Shown: piece after piece, positions 37,153 to 46,692 of the stretch | How positions within the stretch are numbered: position 1 is the first letter of the stretch | Layout: every line of letters starts with the position of its first letter | Source: an uncultured Odoribacter sp. | GTDB taxonomy: Bacteria > Bacteroidota > Bacteroidia > Bacteroidales > Prolixibacteraceae | Reading direction: 5' to 3' | Assembly (NCBI GenBank): GCA_964488805.1 | Contig: CAZAVU010000009.1 | Coordinates: 7,437 to 71,436 of the forward strand | DNA length: 64,000 nt | Position numbers and translations under genes: made by a program | The notes under the pieces: generated by a model | Database searches by the model: none | What the model saw: the letters and a program-made list of their open reading frames with translations, nothing else | What the model was told of the DNA's origin: nothing

Positions 37153-38523
37153 TCAATCTTTTAGGCAACTGTCACGGCAGTCCTTTGAGTACGTTTCTTT
37201 TCCGAAGGGTAAAAATAGCAACAAAACATTCACAATAAATCCCGAAATCAGTACATATTTACCGGCTTCCGCATAATTGAGTAACATCATCAGTTTTCCT
37301 GACAACGCCAGAATTCCACCGGAAAGCATGGCAGCAATCGCAAACCGTTTATTGAATGGAAGATTAAAAAGAGCTGCAATCATTGGGATAATAAACGCTC
37401 CTGAATAAAATGAAAGAGCCAGAAGCAGCGATGAAACAATCGAGGTAATTTTTAGTGAAATCAGAATACTCAATGCTCCCACCAGGATAAGTATCCGTTT
37501 GACCTGTTTAAACGACTTCTGATTGTTGATGTCTCTGTTGAACAGTTCGCTTAAAATCATCGATGTTGTCAAAAGGGTGGTGGATGCCGTCGAGAGCACT
37601 GCTGAAATCAAAGCAGCAACCAAAACACCGGTTGCCCATTCAGGTAAACAAAAGTTGGCCAGATTTACCAGTGCCGAGCTGTTTTCTTTTCCAGAAGGAA
37701 GAGTGGCTGCATAAATCCCCACATACGAAAGGACAAAAGCAAACGGAACCAAAATCAGGGCAACCACCAGGACACTTCGGAACGCTGTTTGGGTGTCTTT
37801 AGAACAAAATACACGCGAATAAATATCGGGACCAACAACAAAAGTGCTTGAGAAAGTAAGGACCATGATGAACAAGTCAAATGGCGTATAATGTTCATTG
37901 AAAGGGAATTGACTGGTAAATTTGGGTAATGCAGGTAACTGATCAGTTGGAATCAGGAGTGCAGTCAGAACGACCCCCGCCAAAATAAAAAACGACTGAA
38001 AAAGATCGGTTTTCATGACCGAGATCTGACCTCCGATGTAAGTATAAATGATAAAAATTACACCCGTAAGAAAAACCCCTGTTGAATAGGTCATGTCAAA
38101 AAAACTGACCAGGATTTGAGCTCCTGCAATGATCTGAGCAGCCACAACGCCAAGCCAGGCAACGGGAATAATTACTGAAGTGACTTTCCGGGCCGGTTCG
38201 CCGTAATATTGGCCAATCAATTCAGGTAAAGTGAATTTTCCCTGCCGATAGACTTTGGCCACAATAGGCAGTAGCCCAAACAATCCCAGGCTAGCTGAAA
38301 GAATATACCATGCTGAAGCCCACGATTGACTGGCGCTTAATCCAATTGTACCCAGAATAGCCGATCCGCCCAGAATCGTAGCGAGCAAACTCCCTGAAAC
38401 CTGCCATACACCTGTTTTTTTTCCGGCAAGGAAATAGTCAAAAGGAGTTTTAACCTTCAGGAACGAATAAATCCCGATCAGCAACAAAATAAGTCCGTAG
38501 ACAAGAAGAATTACGACTTTCAT
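37153..38523 (-). CDS. Sodium:solute symporter family transporter
   Basis: DYFLAG, SL.AT..GG, YT..GG..SV..TD, A..SA..ST; about 13 TMs. Confidence 0.88.
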   Translation of the reverse strand: MKVVILLVYGLILLLIGIYSFLKVKTPFDYFLAGKKTGVWQVSGSLLATILGGSAILGTIGLSASQSWASAWYILSASLGLFGLLPIVAKVYRQGKFTLPELIGQYYGEPARKVTSVIIPVAWLGVVAAQIIAGAQILVSFFDMTYSTGVFLTGVIFIIYTYIGGQISVMKTDLFQSFFILAGVVLTALLIPTDQLPALPKFTSQFPFNEHYTPFDLFIMVLTFSSTFVVGPDIYSRVFCSKDTQTAFRSVLVVALILVPFAFVLSYVGIYAATLPSGKENSSALVNLANFCLPEWATGVLVAALISAVLSTASTTLLTTSMILSELFNRDINNQKSFKQVKRILILVGALSILISLKITSIVSSLLLALSFYSGAFIIPMIAALFNLPFNKRFAIAAMLSGGILALSGKLMMLLNYAEAGKYVLISGFIVNVLLLFLPFGKETYSKDCRDSCLKD

Positions 38524-38722
38524 ATCTCAGGGAAAAGAAAAACGCTCAAAGTAAATAATAGTTATCGAAACAACCTCTTTCTATCAAAGGCTTTCCGCTA
38601 CATGGATAGCATTGCCTCCGACTTGTGTTCAAGAACATCATATTGAAATTCGATAAAATTCATAAATTTGTTCCGTTATCGTACACGGAAATTTTCAATC
38701 AACTTTAAACCCAATAAATCAC

Positions 38723-40066
38723 ATGAGAAAACTTCAGATTTTGATTGTATTACTAGCGCTTTGTTCTGCTGGTTTTGCAAAGAGTGAAAAAGGCTGGCAA
38801 TCCCTTTTCAACGGGAAAGATTTAAAAGGCTGGCATCAATTGAACGGTAAAGCCAAATATCAGGTTGAAAACGGCGAAATTGTAGGATCAACAGTGGCTA
38901 ATACGCCAAACTCCTTCCTTTGCACTGATAAAGATTACAGTGATTTTATCCTGGAACTCGATCTTTTGGTTGACCCCGAAATGAATTCCGGAATTCAATT
39001 CCGGAGCATCAGTAAACCTGAAATCAATAATGGTCGTGTTCATGGTTACCAGTGTGAAGTGGATCCTTCTTCCCGTGCATGGAGTGGAGGAATTTACGAT
39101 GAATCCCGTCGGGGCTGGCTTTACACCAACGAATTGAATCCAAGTGCTAAAAAAGCGTTTAAACAAGGCGAATGGAATCATTACCGCATCGAATGTGTTG
39201 GTAACAGCATTCGCACATGGTTGAATGGCATTCCTGTAGCATATTTGATTGACGATATGACTCCAAGTGGTCTGATTGCCTTACAGGTTCACGGTATTGG
39301 AGATTCAAAAGAAAAAGAAGGCAAACAGATTCGCTGGAAAAACATCCGCATTAAAACTACTGACCTGAAAGCCACTGAAACGCCTGATGTTTATGTGGTA
39401 AATCTATTACCGAACAATCTGAGTAAAGCAGAACAAGCGCAAGGCTGGCATTTACTTTTCGACGGCAAAACAACCAATGGCTGGAAAGGGCTTGGAATGA
39501 ATAAGTTCCCTGAAGAAGGCTGGAAAGTTGTCGACGGAACTTTGATGGCAATACCCAACCGTCCGGGAACTCCGGTAAAAGGTGTTGATATTGTTACCGA
39601 TGAGAAGTTTTCAGCTTTTGAACTGGAGTTTGAATTTAATTTTGCAGAAGGAGCCAATAGTGGCGTTAAATATTTCTTTGGAAATGGCGGCCCAAATGTA
39701 GGCCTGGAATACCAGGTTCTCGACGACAAACGGCATCCTGACGCCAAATTAGGTGAAAATGGTGACCGTACGATGTCTTCGCTATACGATCTGATCCCTA
39801 CCAATAAGCAGGAACGTTTTACCAAACCCGCCAATGAATGGAACCGGGGACGCATCGTTGTTTATCCTGATAACCACATTGAACACTGGTTGAATGGCAT
39901 GAAAGTGGTTGATTATGTTCGTGGTTCGGATGCCTTTAAAGCTGCAGTAGCCCGAAGTAAATTTGCCAAATTTGAAGGATTTGGAATGGTAAAAGAAACT
40001 CCGGTTCTTCTGCAATATCACCAGGATCAGGTCAAATTCAGAAGTATTAAAATCAGGAAATTGTAA
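38723..40066 (+). CDS. Tandem double DUF1080 (3-keto-glycoside lyase/hydrolase-like) protein
   Basis: Signal peptide; two repeats: LFNGKDLKGW...NSGIQFRS...WNHYRI...IALQVH and LFDGKTTNGW...NSGVKY...EYQVLDD...EWN...LLQYH. Confidence 0.9.
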   Translation: MRKLQILIVLLALCSAGFAKSEKGWQSLFNGKDLKGWHQLNGKAKYQVENGEIVGSTVANTPNSFLCTDKDYSDFILELDLLVDPEMNSGIQFRSISKPEINNGRVHGYQCEVDPSSRAWSGGIYDESRRGWLYTNELNPSAKKAFKQGEWNHYRIECVGNSIRTWLNGIPVAYLIDDMTPSGLIALQVHGIGDSKEKEGKQIRWKNIRIKTTDLKATETPDVYVVNLLPNNLSKAEQAQGWHLLFDGKTTNGWKGLGMNKFPEEGWKVVDGTLMAIPNRPGTPVKGVDIVTDEKFSAFELEFEFNFAEGANSGVKYFFGNGGPNVGLEYQVLDDKRHPDAKLGENGDRTMSSLYDLIPTNKQERFTKPANEWNRGRIVVYPDNHIEHWLNGMKVVDYVRGSDAFKAAVARSKFAKFEGFGMVKETPVLLQYHQDQVKFRSIKIRKL

Positions 40067-40071
40067 AAGGA

Positions 40072-41418
40072 ATGAGTACAAATCGTAGAGAATTTATTCG
40101 AAATATGGCAGTTGGTGCTGCTGCAATCGGCTTTGGAGGAGTAGCTTCAGGGTTTAGTGCAAAAAGTTATTCACGTATTTTAGGAGCCAACGATCGTTTG
40201 AATGTGGCCCTTATGGGCTGTGGTCGCCGTGTTAGTGCTTATTATGCTGCTCTAAAGGATAAAAGCAACAATGTGGATCTGGCTTACATTTGCGATGTGA
40301 TGAAAAAGCAGCGCGAGAAAGTAGCTAAAGATCTCTCTGGAAAAGTTTCGGGCGAAGCTAAACTGGTAACCGATATTCATGAAGTATGGAACGATCAGAA
40401 AGTGGATGCCATTTTTAATGCAACCCCTGATCACTGGCATGCTCCTGGAACATGGATGGCCATGCATGCAGGCAAACATGTTTACATCGAAAAACCATGC
40501 AGCCACAATCCCCGCGAAGGTGAATTGCTTGTCGCTTTTCAAAAGAAATATGGAAAAGTTGTTCAGATGGGAAATCAGCAGCGCTCTTCCAAAGAAACGC
40601 AAGAGATCATTGATGAAATTCATAAGGGTGTGATTGGTGATGTTTATAAGGCAGTTGCTTTTTATGCCAATACTCGTGGAGAATGTCCGGTTCCAAAGAC
40701 AGCCCCGGTTCCGGTCGGACTGGATTGGGAAATGTGGCAGGGGCCAGCTCCCCGTGTGGAATACCAGCACGACATTTGGGATTACAACTGGCACTGGTAT
40801 GGCTGGATTTGGGGAACTGCAGAAACCGGTAATAATGCCACTCATGAGTTGGATGTTGCCCGCTGGGCATTACAGGTCAAGTATCCTGAAAATGTAGATG
40901 TAGAAGCTGCCAAACGCCATTTTATGAATGATGGTTGGGTCATGTACGACACGATGGATGCCACGTTCCGTTTTCCTGGGAACAAAATCATTAAATGGGA
41001 CGGGAAAAGCCGGAATGGTCACCAGACCTACGGAGCTGACCGGGGAACCATCATTTACGGAAGTGAAGGAACTGTTTTTGTGAATCGTAACGGATATTCA
41101 CTTTATGATCGCATGGGGAAAATGGTTAAAGACAGTAAATCGGCTGGGAATGAAGCAGGAACAGCTCTTGGCGGAGGTGGTGATATGACCGATACCCATG
41201 TAGCAAATTTCTTTAATGTTATTCGTGGCAAAGAAAGTAAATTGAATTCCCCAATTGAAGAAGGCGCAATCAGCCAAATGATGTGCCATTATGCAAATAT
41301 TTCATACCGGATCAATAAACCGTTTAAAGTAAATGCCTTGAACGGGCATATTCTTGATAAAGATGGAATGAAACTTTGGGCGCGTGAATACCAGAAAGGT
41401 TGGGAGCCCAAATTGTAA
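40072..41418 (+). CDS. Tat-exported Gfo/Idh/MocA oxidoreductase
   Basis: NRREFI Tat motif; ATPDHWHA, GKHVYIEKP, QMGNQQRS, DWEMWQGPAP. Confidence 0.92.
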   Translation: MSTNRREFIRNMAVGAAAIGFGGVASGFSAKSYSRILGANDRLNVALMGCGRRVSAYYAALKDKSNNVDLAYICDVMKKQREKVAKDLSGKVSGEAKLVTDIHEVWNDQKVDAIFNATPDHWHAPGTWMAMHAGKHVYIEKPCSHNPREGELLVAFQKKYGKVVQMGNQQRSSKETQEIIDEIHKGVIGDVYKAVAFYANTRGECPVPKTAPVPVGLDWEMWQGPAPRVEYQHDIWDYNWHWYGWIWGTAETGNNATHELDVARWALQVKYPENVDVEAAKRHFMNDGWVMYDTMDATFRFPGNKIIKWDGKSRNGHQTYGADRGTIIYGSEGTVFVNRNGYSLYDRMGKMVKDSKSAGNEAGTALGGGGDMTDTHVANFFNVIRGKESKLNSPIEEGAISQMMCHYANISYRINKPFKVNALNGHILDKDGMKLWAREYQKGWEPKL

Positions 41419-41443
41419 TTGAATTACAGTTACCCTAATAATG

Positions 41444-41478
41444 CTGACTCAAGAGTTTTTTAATGACTTTTGAGTCAG
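41444..41478 (+). terminator. Hairpin after the DUF1080-Gfo pair
   Basis: CTGACTCAAGAGT...ACTTTTGAGTCAG. Confidence 0.55.
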
Positions 41479-41577
41479 TCTCATTTTAGAAGGCCACTGT
41501 CTTTCATATAAATAAGAATTGGTCTATCCTTTTAGATATTTCCGTAATTTCAGGCATAGAATCCTTATACTAACGAA

Positions 41578-42483
41578 ATGCTTAAACTTATACCAATCGT
41601 TCTTTTTTTATCCTTATCTATATCGGGAATCGCTCAAATCAACATGATTGTTAAAGAGAATGGATTTCTGTTTATGGAAGGAAAAGACAGCATCTGTTTT
41701 TACCAGAAAAGCCTCAAAAGCAGGGATGGAGCCTGGTCGCGATGCAATTATATTCATCCGTTATATGGACCTGACGGCAGCCGTTTGACCGAGGATTTTC
41801 CTGCCGATCATTTGCACCATCGGGGCGTTTTCTGGGCCTGGCATCAAATTTTGATTGACGGCAAGCCCGTCTCAGATGGATGGGAGTTGAAAAATTTTCA
41901 GCAAAAAGTATCCAATATCGAATTCAGGCTTCAAAAAGGAATTGGTTATCTGACGACTACGGTCGACTGGAAATCGCCATTGTGGAAGAACGGAACAGAA
42001 ACATATCTCCGGGAAGATGCCCGAATGATCGTTTATCCGCAAAACGGAAATTATCGCCGGATTGACTTTGAAATTAGCCTCAAAGCCTTAGCCGAACGGA
42101 TTTCGATTGGTGGCTCCGACGATGAGAAAGGATACAGTGGCTTTTCTGTACGACTAAAACTACCCGATGACGTCTGTTTTTCGGGAATGAAAGGGCTAAT
42201 AGAGCCTCAAAATACTGCTATTGAAGACGGTAATGCCATTAAAATTACCGGATCTTTCCTGAAGGAGGGGAAAACAGGAGGTGTGGTAATCTGGAATAAT
42301 CCACAGAATCCTTCGCCTTCAAACAGTTGGATATTACGAAGGAAAGCCAGTATGCAAAATGCAGTTTTCCCGGGAAGACAACCCGTTGCCATCCCTATGG
42401 ATAAACCATTGAAGCTGAAATATTCACTGTTAATTTTTCAGGGCGATCTGAGTCAGAAACAAATCAAAAAGGCCGTGAAGTAG
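41578..42483 (+). CDS. PmoA-like/DUF6807-type exported protein
   Basis: YIHPLYGPDG..LTEDFPADHLHHRGVFWAW; KGYSGF.VRL; signal peptide. Confidence 0.72.
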   Translation: MLKLIPIVLFLSLSISGIAQINMIVKENGFLFMEGKDSICFYQKSLKSRDGAWSRCNYIHPLYGPDGSRLTEDFPADHLHHRGVFWAWHQILIDGKPVSDGWELKNFQQKVSNIEFRLQKGIGYLTTTVDWKSPLWKNGTETYLREDARMIVYPQNGNYRRIDFEISLKALAERISIGGSDDEKGYSGFSVRLKLPDDVCFSGMKGLIEPQNTAIEDGNAIKITGSFLKEGKTGGVVIWNNPQNPSPSNSWILRRKASMQNAVFPGRQPVAIPMDKPLKLKYSLLIFQGDLSQKQIKKAVK

Positions 42484-42527
42484 GAGAGAGCTTTCCATAT
42501 AAGTCATCACAATTAAAAATTCAAAAT

Positions 42528-42866
42528 ATGTCAGTTTTAAAATTTGCAGAAAGTAATGCCCATATTGTTCGGCCAGGTTTGGAACGTCGCCTTATCCACA
42601 CATCCAGTTTAATGACCGTAATCGTTGATTTTACCGATGGTCCCTGGCAAGAAGCCGATCCATTCCATTCTCATCCACATGAACAAACCAGTTACGTAGC
42701 TTCCGGTGAGATTATCTTTTATTGCGAAGGTGAACCAGAACAGCATCTTCAGGCCGGCGACATGTTTGCAGTTGCCTCAGGTAAACCACATGCGATCCGG
42801 CTACTTTCGGCAAAAGCCCGGCTGATTGACAGTTTTAATCCCATCCGGGAAGATTTCATTCAGTAA
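42528..42866 (+). CDS. Cupin-domain protein (KdgF-like)
   Basis: HSHPHEQ.SYV.SG...PH...IDSFNP.REDF. Confidence 0.8.
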   Translation: MSVLKFAESNAHIVRPGLERRLIHTSSLMTVIVDFTDGPWQEADPFHSHPHEQTSYVASGEIIFYCEGEPEQHLQAGDMFAVASGKPHAIRLLSAKARLIDSFNPIREDFIQ

Positions 42867-42998
42867 TCCCCGAAGATCGTGGACGATAGATAAGGATATT
42901 TTTATTCCGGCGCAACGAACCAACAGGTGGTCATCTTGTTTTAATGCGAAAAGAGTGCAAATGTCAATACAAATTATCTCTTGATTCGTAGCGGGGAA

Positions 42999-43298
42999 AT
43001 GAAAAGGCGATTCTATTCAGTGGTCAATTCAAGTAAACCAGTGCTGGTCGATTTTTATGCCGATTGGTGTACTCCGTGTCGTCAGATGCTTCCGGTATTA
43101 AAAGAAGTGAAAGACCGGTACAAAAATCATGTCCGCATCGTAAAAGTCAATGTCGATCAGTATTCGGACCTCGCCGAATCGTTCAATGTGCGGCATGTTC
43201 CGACAGTCGTCGTGTTTCAAAAAGGGAAAATTCATTGGAGGGGAAAGGGAGTTCAATCGATTGAGGACATCACATTAGCCCTGAATCATTTATTTTAA
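42999..43298 (+). CDS. Thioredoxin
   Basis: PVLVDFYADWCTPC, KVNVD, VPT. Confidence 0.9.
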   Translation: MKRRFYSVVNSSKPVLVDFYADWCTPCRQMLPVLKEVKDRYKNHVRIVKVNVDQYSDLAESFNVRHVPTVVVFQKGKIHWRGKGVQSIEDITLALNHLF

Positions 43299-43320
43299 CA
43301 CTCTTTCCCTTCCTGATTTA

Positions 43321-44100
43321 TTAATCATTAGACAGGCTTAGGCGCGTTCCCCGAGCCATTGAAATGAGATTGGGATTGGTGATCAATACCTGGCTTACCC
43401 CGTTTTTCATGGCGCTGAAGCCATTATCGAGTTTCGGAATCATTCCTTCGCTGATAACACCTTCAACCTGAAGTTCTTTAAACCGGTTGTAACTTAATTC
43501 GGCAATGACAGAATTCTCATCGTCAGGATTAAGCAGCACGCCTTTTTTCTCGAAGCAATAGAACAGGTTGACGCTGTAATAGTTTGATAATTCAATAGCA
43601 AGGTCAGCAGCAATGGTATCCGCATTGGTATTGAGCAGTTGACCTTTATTATCGTGAGTGATAGGCGCCATTACCGGGACAACTTCCTCATTGAGCAACA
43701 ACCGTAATTCCGAAGTATTTACACCCATAATATCGCCAACATAACCATAGTCAATCGTTTTAACAGGCCTTTTAACGGCACTGATCACATCCAGATCGGC
43801 GCCGGTCAAACCGATGGAATTACATCCCCTGGCTTGTAGTCCAGCTACAATATTTTTATTGACCAATCCGGCATAAACCATTGTAACGACTTCCAGCGTG
43901 GCGGCATCAGTAATTCGTCGGCCTTCAACCATTTGTGTTTCAATGCCTAGCCGTTCGGCCATACTGGTGGCAAGCTTGCCCCCTCCATGAACCAGAATTC
44001 GCTTTCCCCTGATCTGAGAAAAGTGATCGAGCAACCGGTTAAGCGATTCTTTTTCTTCTACTACTTTTCCACCAACTTTTACAATGGTCAATCTTTCCAT
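43321..44100 (-). CDS. argB: Acetyl(acyl)glutamate kinase
   Basis: VKVGG, VHGGG, GRRITD, NTNAD, GMIPKL. Confidence 0.95.
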   Translation of the reverse strand: MERLTIVKVGGKVVEEKESLNRLLDHFSQIRGKRILVHGGGKLATSMAERLGIETQMVEGRRITDAATLEVVTMVYAGLVNKNIVAGLQARGCNSIGLTGADLDVISAVKRPVKTIDYGYVGDIMGVNTSELRLLLNEEVVPVMAPITHDNKGQLLNTNADTIAADLAIELSNYYSVNLFYCFEKKGVLLNPDDENSVIAELSYNRFKELQVEGVISEGMIPKLDNGFSAMKNGVSQVLITNPNLISMARGTRLSLSND

Positions 44101-44107
44101 AATGATT

Positions 44108-44190
44108 ATTTACAATTTCTCTATTTACAATTTACCATTTTATCAGTTACTAACAAATTGTAAATCGTAAATTGTCAAATGGTCAATGCT
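44108..44190. repeat. Inverted arrays of heptamer repeats (ATTTACA / TGTAAAT)
   Basis: atttaca atttctct atttaca atttacc ... aaattgt aaatcgt aaattgt c aaatggt. Confidence 0.7.
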
Positions 44191-44191
44191 T

Positions 44192-45142
44192 TTATTTCAA
44201 CTCGTCTAACATCATTTTTAATACTGCCTGAGCCGAGAATAACCGGTTTCCTGCTTCCTGAATTACAATTGAATTCGGACCGTCGATTACCTCGTCAGAA
44301 ACAATCATGTTGCGGCGTACCGGCAAGCAATGCATGAATTTAGCATTATCGGTCACAGCCATCTGACGTTCAGAAACGGTCCAGGAGCGGTCTTTCGACA
44401 GGATCTGACCGTAATCGTTGTAAGAAGCCCAGTTTTTGGCATAGATAAAATCAGCACCTTCAAAAGCTTTCATCTGGTCGTATTCCGGTTTCAGGTCGCC
44501 CATAAATTCAGGAGCCAGTTCGTAACCTTCAGGATGGGTTACCACCAATTCGTAATCGGTCTGGCGCATCCATTCAACGAATGAGTTTGGAACAGCCTGA
44601 GGCAAAGCTCTAGGATGCGGCGCCCAACTTAAAACCACCTTCGGGCGGGCTTTGGTTTTAAATTCTTCGATGGTTAAATGATCGGCAAACGATTGTAGCG
44701 GATGGCGTGTTGCTGCCTCCATGCTGAATACCGGAACTCCGGAATAATCAATGAATTGCTGAAGTATTTTTTCTTCGTAATCGTCCTGCTTGTTTTCGAA
44801 ACGGGCAAACGAACGGACACCGATAATGTCGCAATAGTTTCCGATCACAGGCACTGCTTCGCGAATGTGTTCAGGCTTATCACCATCCATAATCACACCC
44901 ATTTCGGTTTCCAGTTTCCAGCCGCCTTCGTTGATGTCGAAAACGATCACGTTCATTCCCAGGTTCAATCCAGCTTTTTGCGTACTCAGACGGGTACGTA
45001 GACTTGAATTGAAGAATACCATCAACAGCGTTTTGTTTTTACCGAGATCCTGGTACTTATAAGGTGACTTTTTTAGTTCGAAAGCCAGTTTCAGGGCTTC
45101 GTCCAGATTTTTCAAATCGTGAACCGATGTAAATTGTCTCAT
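44192..45142 (-). CDS. argF: N-succinylornithine carbamoyltransferase-type transcarbamylase (ArgF')
   Basis: SLRT, HPLQ, WAPHP..LPQAV, HCLP; DGDKP places Pro at residue 90, as in Bacteroides fragilis ArgF'. Confidence 0.9.
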   Translation of the reverse strand: MRQFTSVHDLKNLDEALKLAFELKKSPYKYQDLGKNKTLLMVFFNSSLRTRLSTQKAGLNLGMNVIVFDINEGGWKLETEMGVIMDGDKPEHIREAVPVIGNYCDIIGVRSFARFENKQDDYEEKILQQFIDYSGVPVFSMEAATRHPLQSFADHLTIEEFKTKARPKVVLSWAPHPRALPQAVPNSFVEWMRQTDYELVVTHPEGYELAPEFMGDLKPEYDQMKAFEGADFIYAKNWASYNDYGQILSKDRSWTVSERQMAVTDNAKFMHCLPVRRNMIVSDEVIDGPNSIVIQEAGNRLFSAQAVLKMMLDELK

Positions 45143-45260
45143 TATTTGTTGAATTTTAAACTAAAAAACTGTATTTCAGTATTTTATACTGAAATTGTTC
45201 AGAGCATAAATATAAAGCTAATTTTCACTTTTATCTTTTACCTTTTGCCTTTTTTACTCA

Positions 45261-46511
45261 TTATTTCGGCCTAATTTGGCCGTTTCCTTCCACAATCCAT
45301 TTGTAACTGGTCAGCTCTTCCAGGGCCATTGGACCACGTGCGTGTAGCTTTTGGGTGGATATTCCGATTTCAGCTCCCAGACCAAATTGAGCACCATCAG
45401 TAAATGCGGTTGAAACGTTGCAATACACAGCGGCAGCATCAACTGTTTTACGGAATATTTCCAGCGCTTTTTCATCTTCTGAAATAATGGCTTCCGAATG
45501 TTTTGAGCTATATGCAGCAATGTGTTCCAATGCTTCATCAAGGCTGCCAACCGTTTTGACAGCTATTTTATATGAAAGAAATTCTGTTCCAAACGATTCT
45601 TCAGTCGCATGTTCGAGCAACTGCGACGGGTATTTTCCGTCGAGTGCCTGATATGCCTTTTCGTCGGCATAAATAATCACATCGCTCTGGGCCAGCAGAC
45701 TGGCAATGACAGGAAGATCATTTAGACGTTTGTCGTTGATGATCAGGCAGTCGAGTGCATTGCAAACGCTTACCCGGCGGGTCTTTGCATTGTTTACGAT
45801 GGCTTGACCCTTTTCAAGATCGCCCGACTCATCGAAATAGGTGTGGCAGATTCCGGCACCGGTTTCAATGACCGGAATGGATGAATTTTCGCGTACAAAA
45901 TTGATCAGGCTTTGTGAACCACGAGGGATGATCAGATCCACCAGTCCGTGGGCATGAAGCAATTCGGCAGTAGCTTCGCGGTCAACCGGAAGCAGTGAAA
46001 GCATATTCGGATCTAACTCATGCTTCTGCAAAACATCCTGAATAACCCTGACAATCGCCAGGTTCGAATCGTTGGCATCGCTGCCGCCTTTCAGCACACA
46101 GGCGTTTCCTGATTTCAGGCACAAGGAAAATACATCAAAAGTAACATTGGGCCGGGCTTCATAGATGATGCCGATTACCCCGAATGGTACAGTAATTTTT
46201 TTGATCTGCATACCATTTGGCCGGACCGTTTCACTAAGTATCCGACCAAGCGGAGAGGGGAGTGATGCCACATTGCGGATATCAGAGGCAATTCCTTTGA
46301 TTCGGTCCGATGTCAGCATCAAACGGTCGTATTTGGGATCGTCCGGGTTCATTCGTGCCAGATCCTTTGCATTTTCCTGAAGGATAAACTCAGTATTATC
46401 AATGGCCGCTGAAGCTACATCATCCAAAACCTGATTTATTTTTTCAACTGAAACCAGGTTCAGTTTACGGCTGGCTTTCAAAACCTGCGTAAGTTGTTCT
46501 TTTACCGTCAT
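45261..46511 (-). CDS. proA: Gamma-glutamyl phosphate reductase
   Basis: [37 protein letters not shown]. Confidence 0.97.
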   Translation of the reverse strand: MTVKEQLTQVLKASRKLNLVSVEKINQVLDDVASAAIDNTEFILQENAKDLARMNPDDPKYDRLMLTSDRIKGIASDIRNVASLPSPLGRILSETVRPNGMQIKKITVPFGVIGIIYEARPNVTFDVFSLCLKSGNACVLKGGSDANDSNLAIVRVIQDVLQKHELDPNMLSLLPVDREATAELLHAHGLVDLIIPRGSQSLINFVRENSSIPVIETGAGICHTYFDESGDLEKGQAIVNNAKTRRVSVCNALDCLIINDKRLNDLPVIASLLAQSDVIIYADEKAYQALDGKYPSQLLEHATEESFGTEFLSYKIAVKTVGSLDEALEHIAAYSSKHSEAIISEDEKALEIFRKTVDAAAVYCNVSTAFTDGAQFGLGAEIGISTQKLHARGPMALEELTSYKWIVEGNGQIRPK

Positions 46512-46576
46512 CTTCAGAATTTTTAGTTGTTATTCTTCTGGTTCAACGAATTACCGGTGATTTTCCGAAAATAAAA

Positions 46577-46604
46577 GCCCCCTTCCAATGGGGGCGGAAG
46601 GGGG
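46577..46604 (-). terminator. GC-rich hairpin with U-tract between proB and proA
   Basis: CCCCCTTCC/GGAAGGGGG stem, followed on the minus strand by CTTTTATTTT. Confidence 0.55.
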
Positions 46605-46692
46605 AATATAACTCAGGAAACTGTTGCCACTGTTTGGCTAAAAATTAAGGGGACTTTGAAAGGGTATCAGTACCAGATCCCGAGTTAATATT

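Noticed and set aside
40252..40845. 197-aa minus-strand ORF
   Set aside because: Lies entirely antisense within the Gfo/Idh/MocA gene
41578..42483. Reading the PmoA-like protein as methane monooxygenase
   Set aside because: It is a soluble exported protein without the TM helices of true PmoA, and no pmoB or pmoC is present; the family name is misleading
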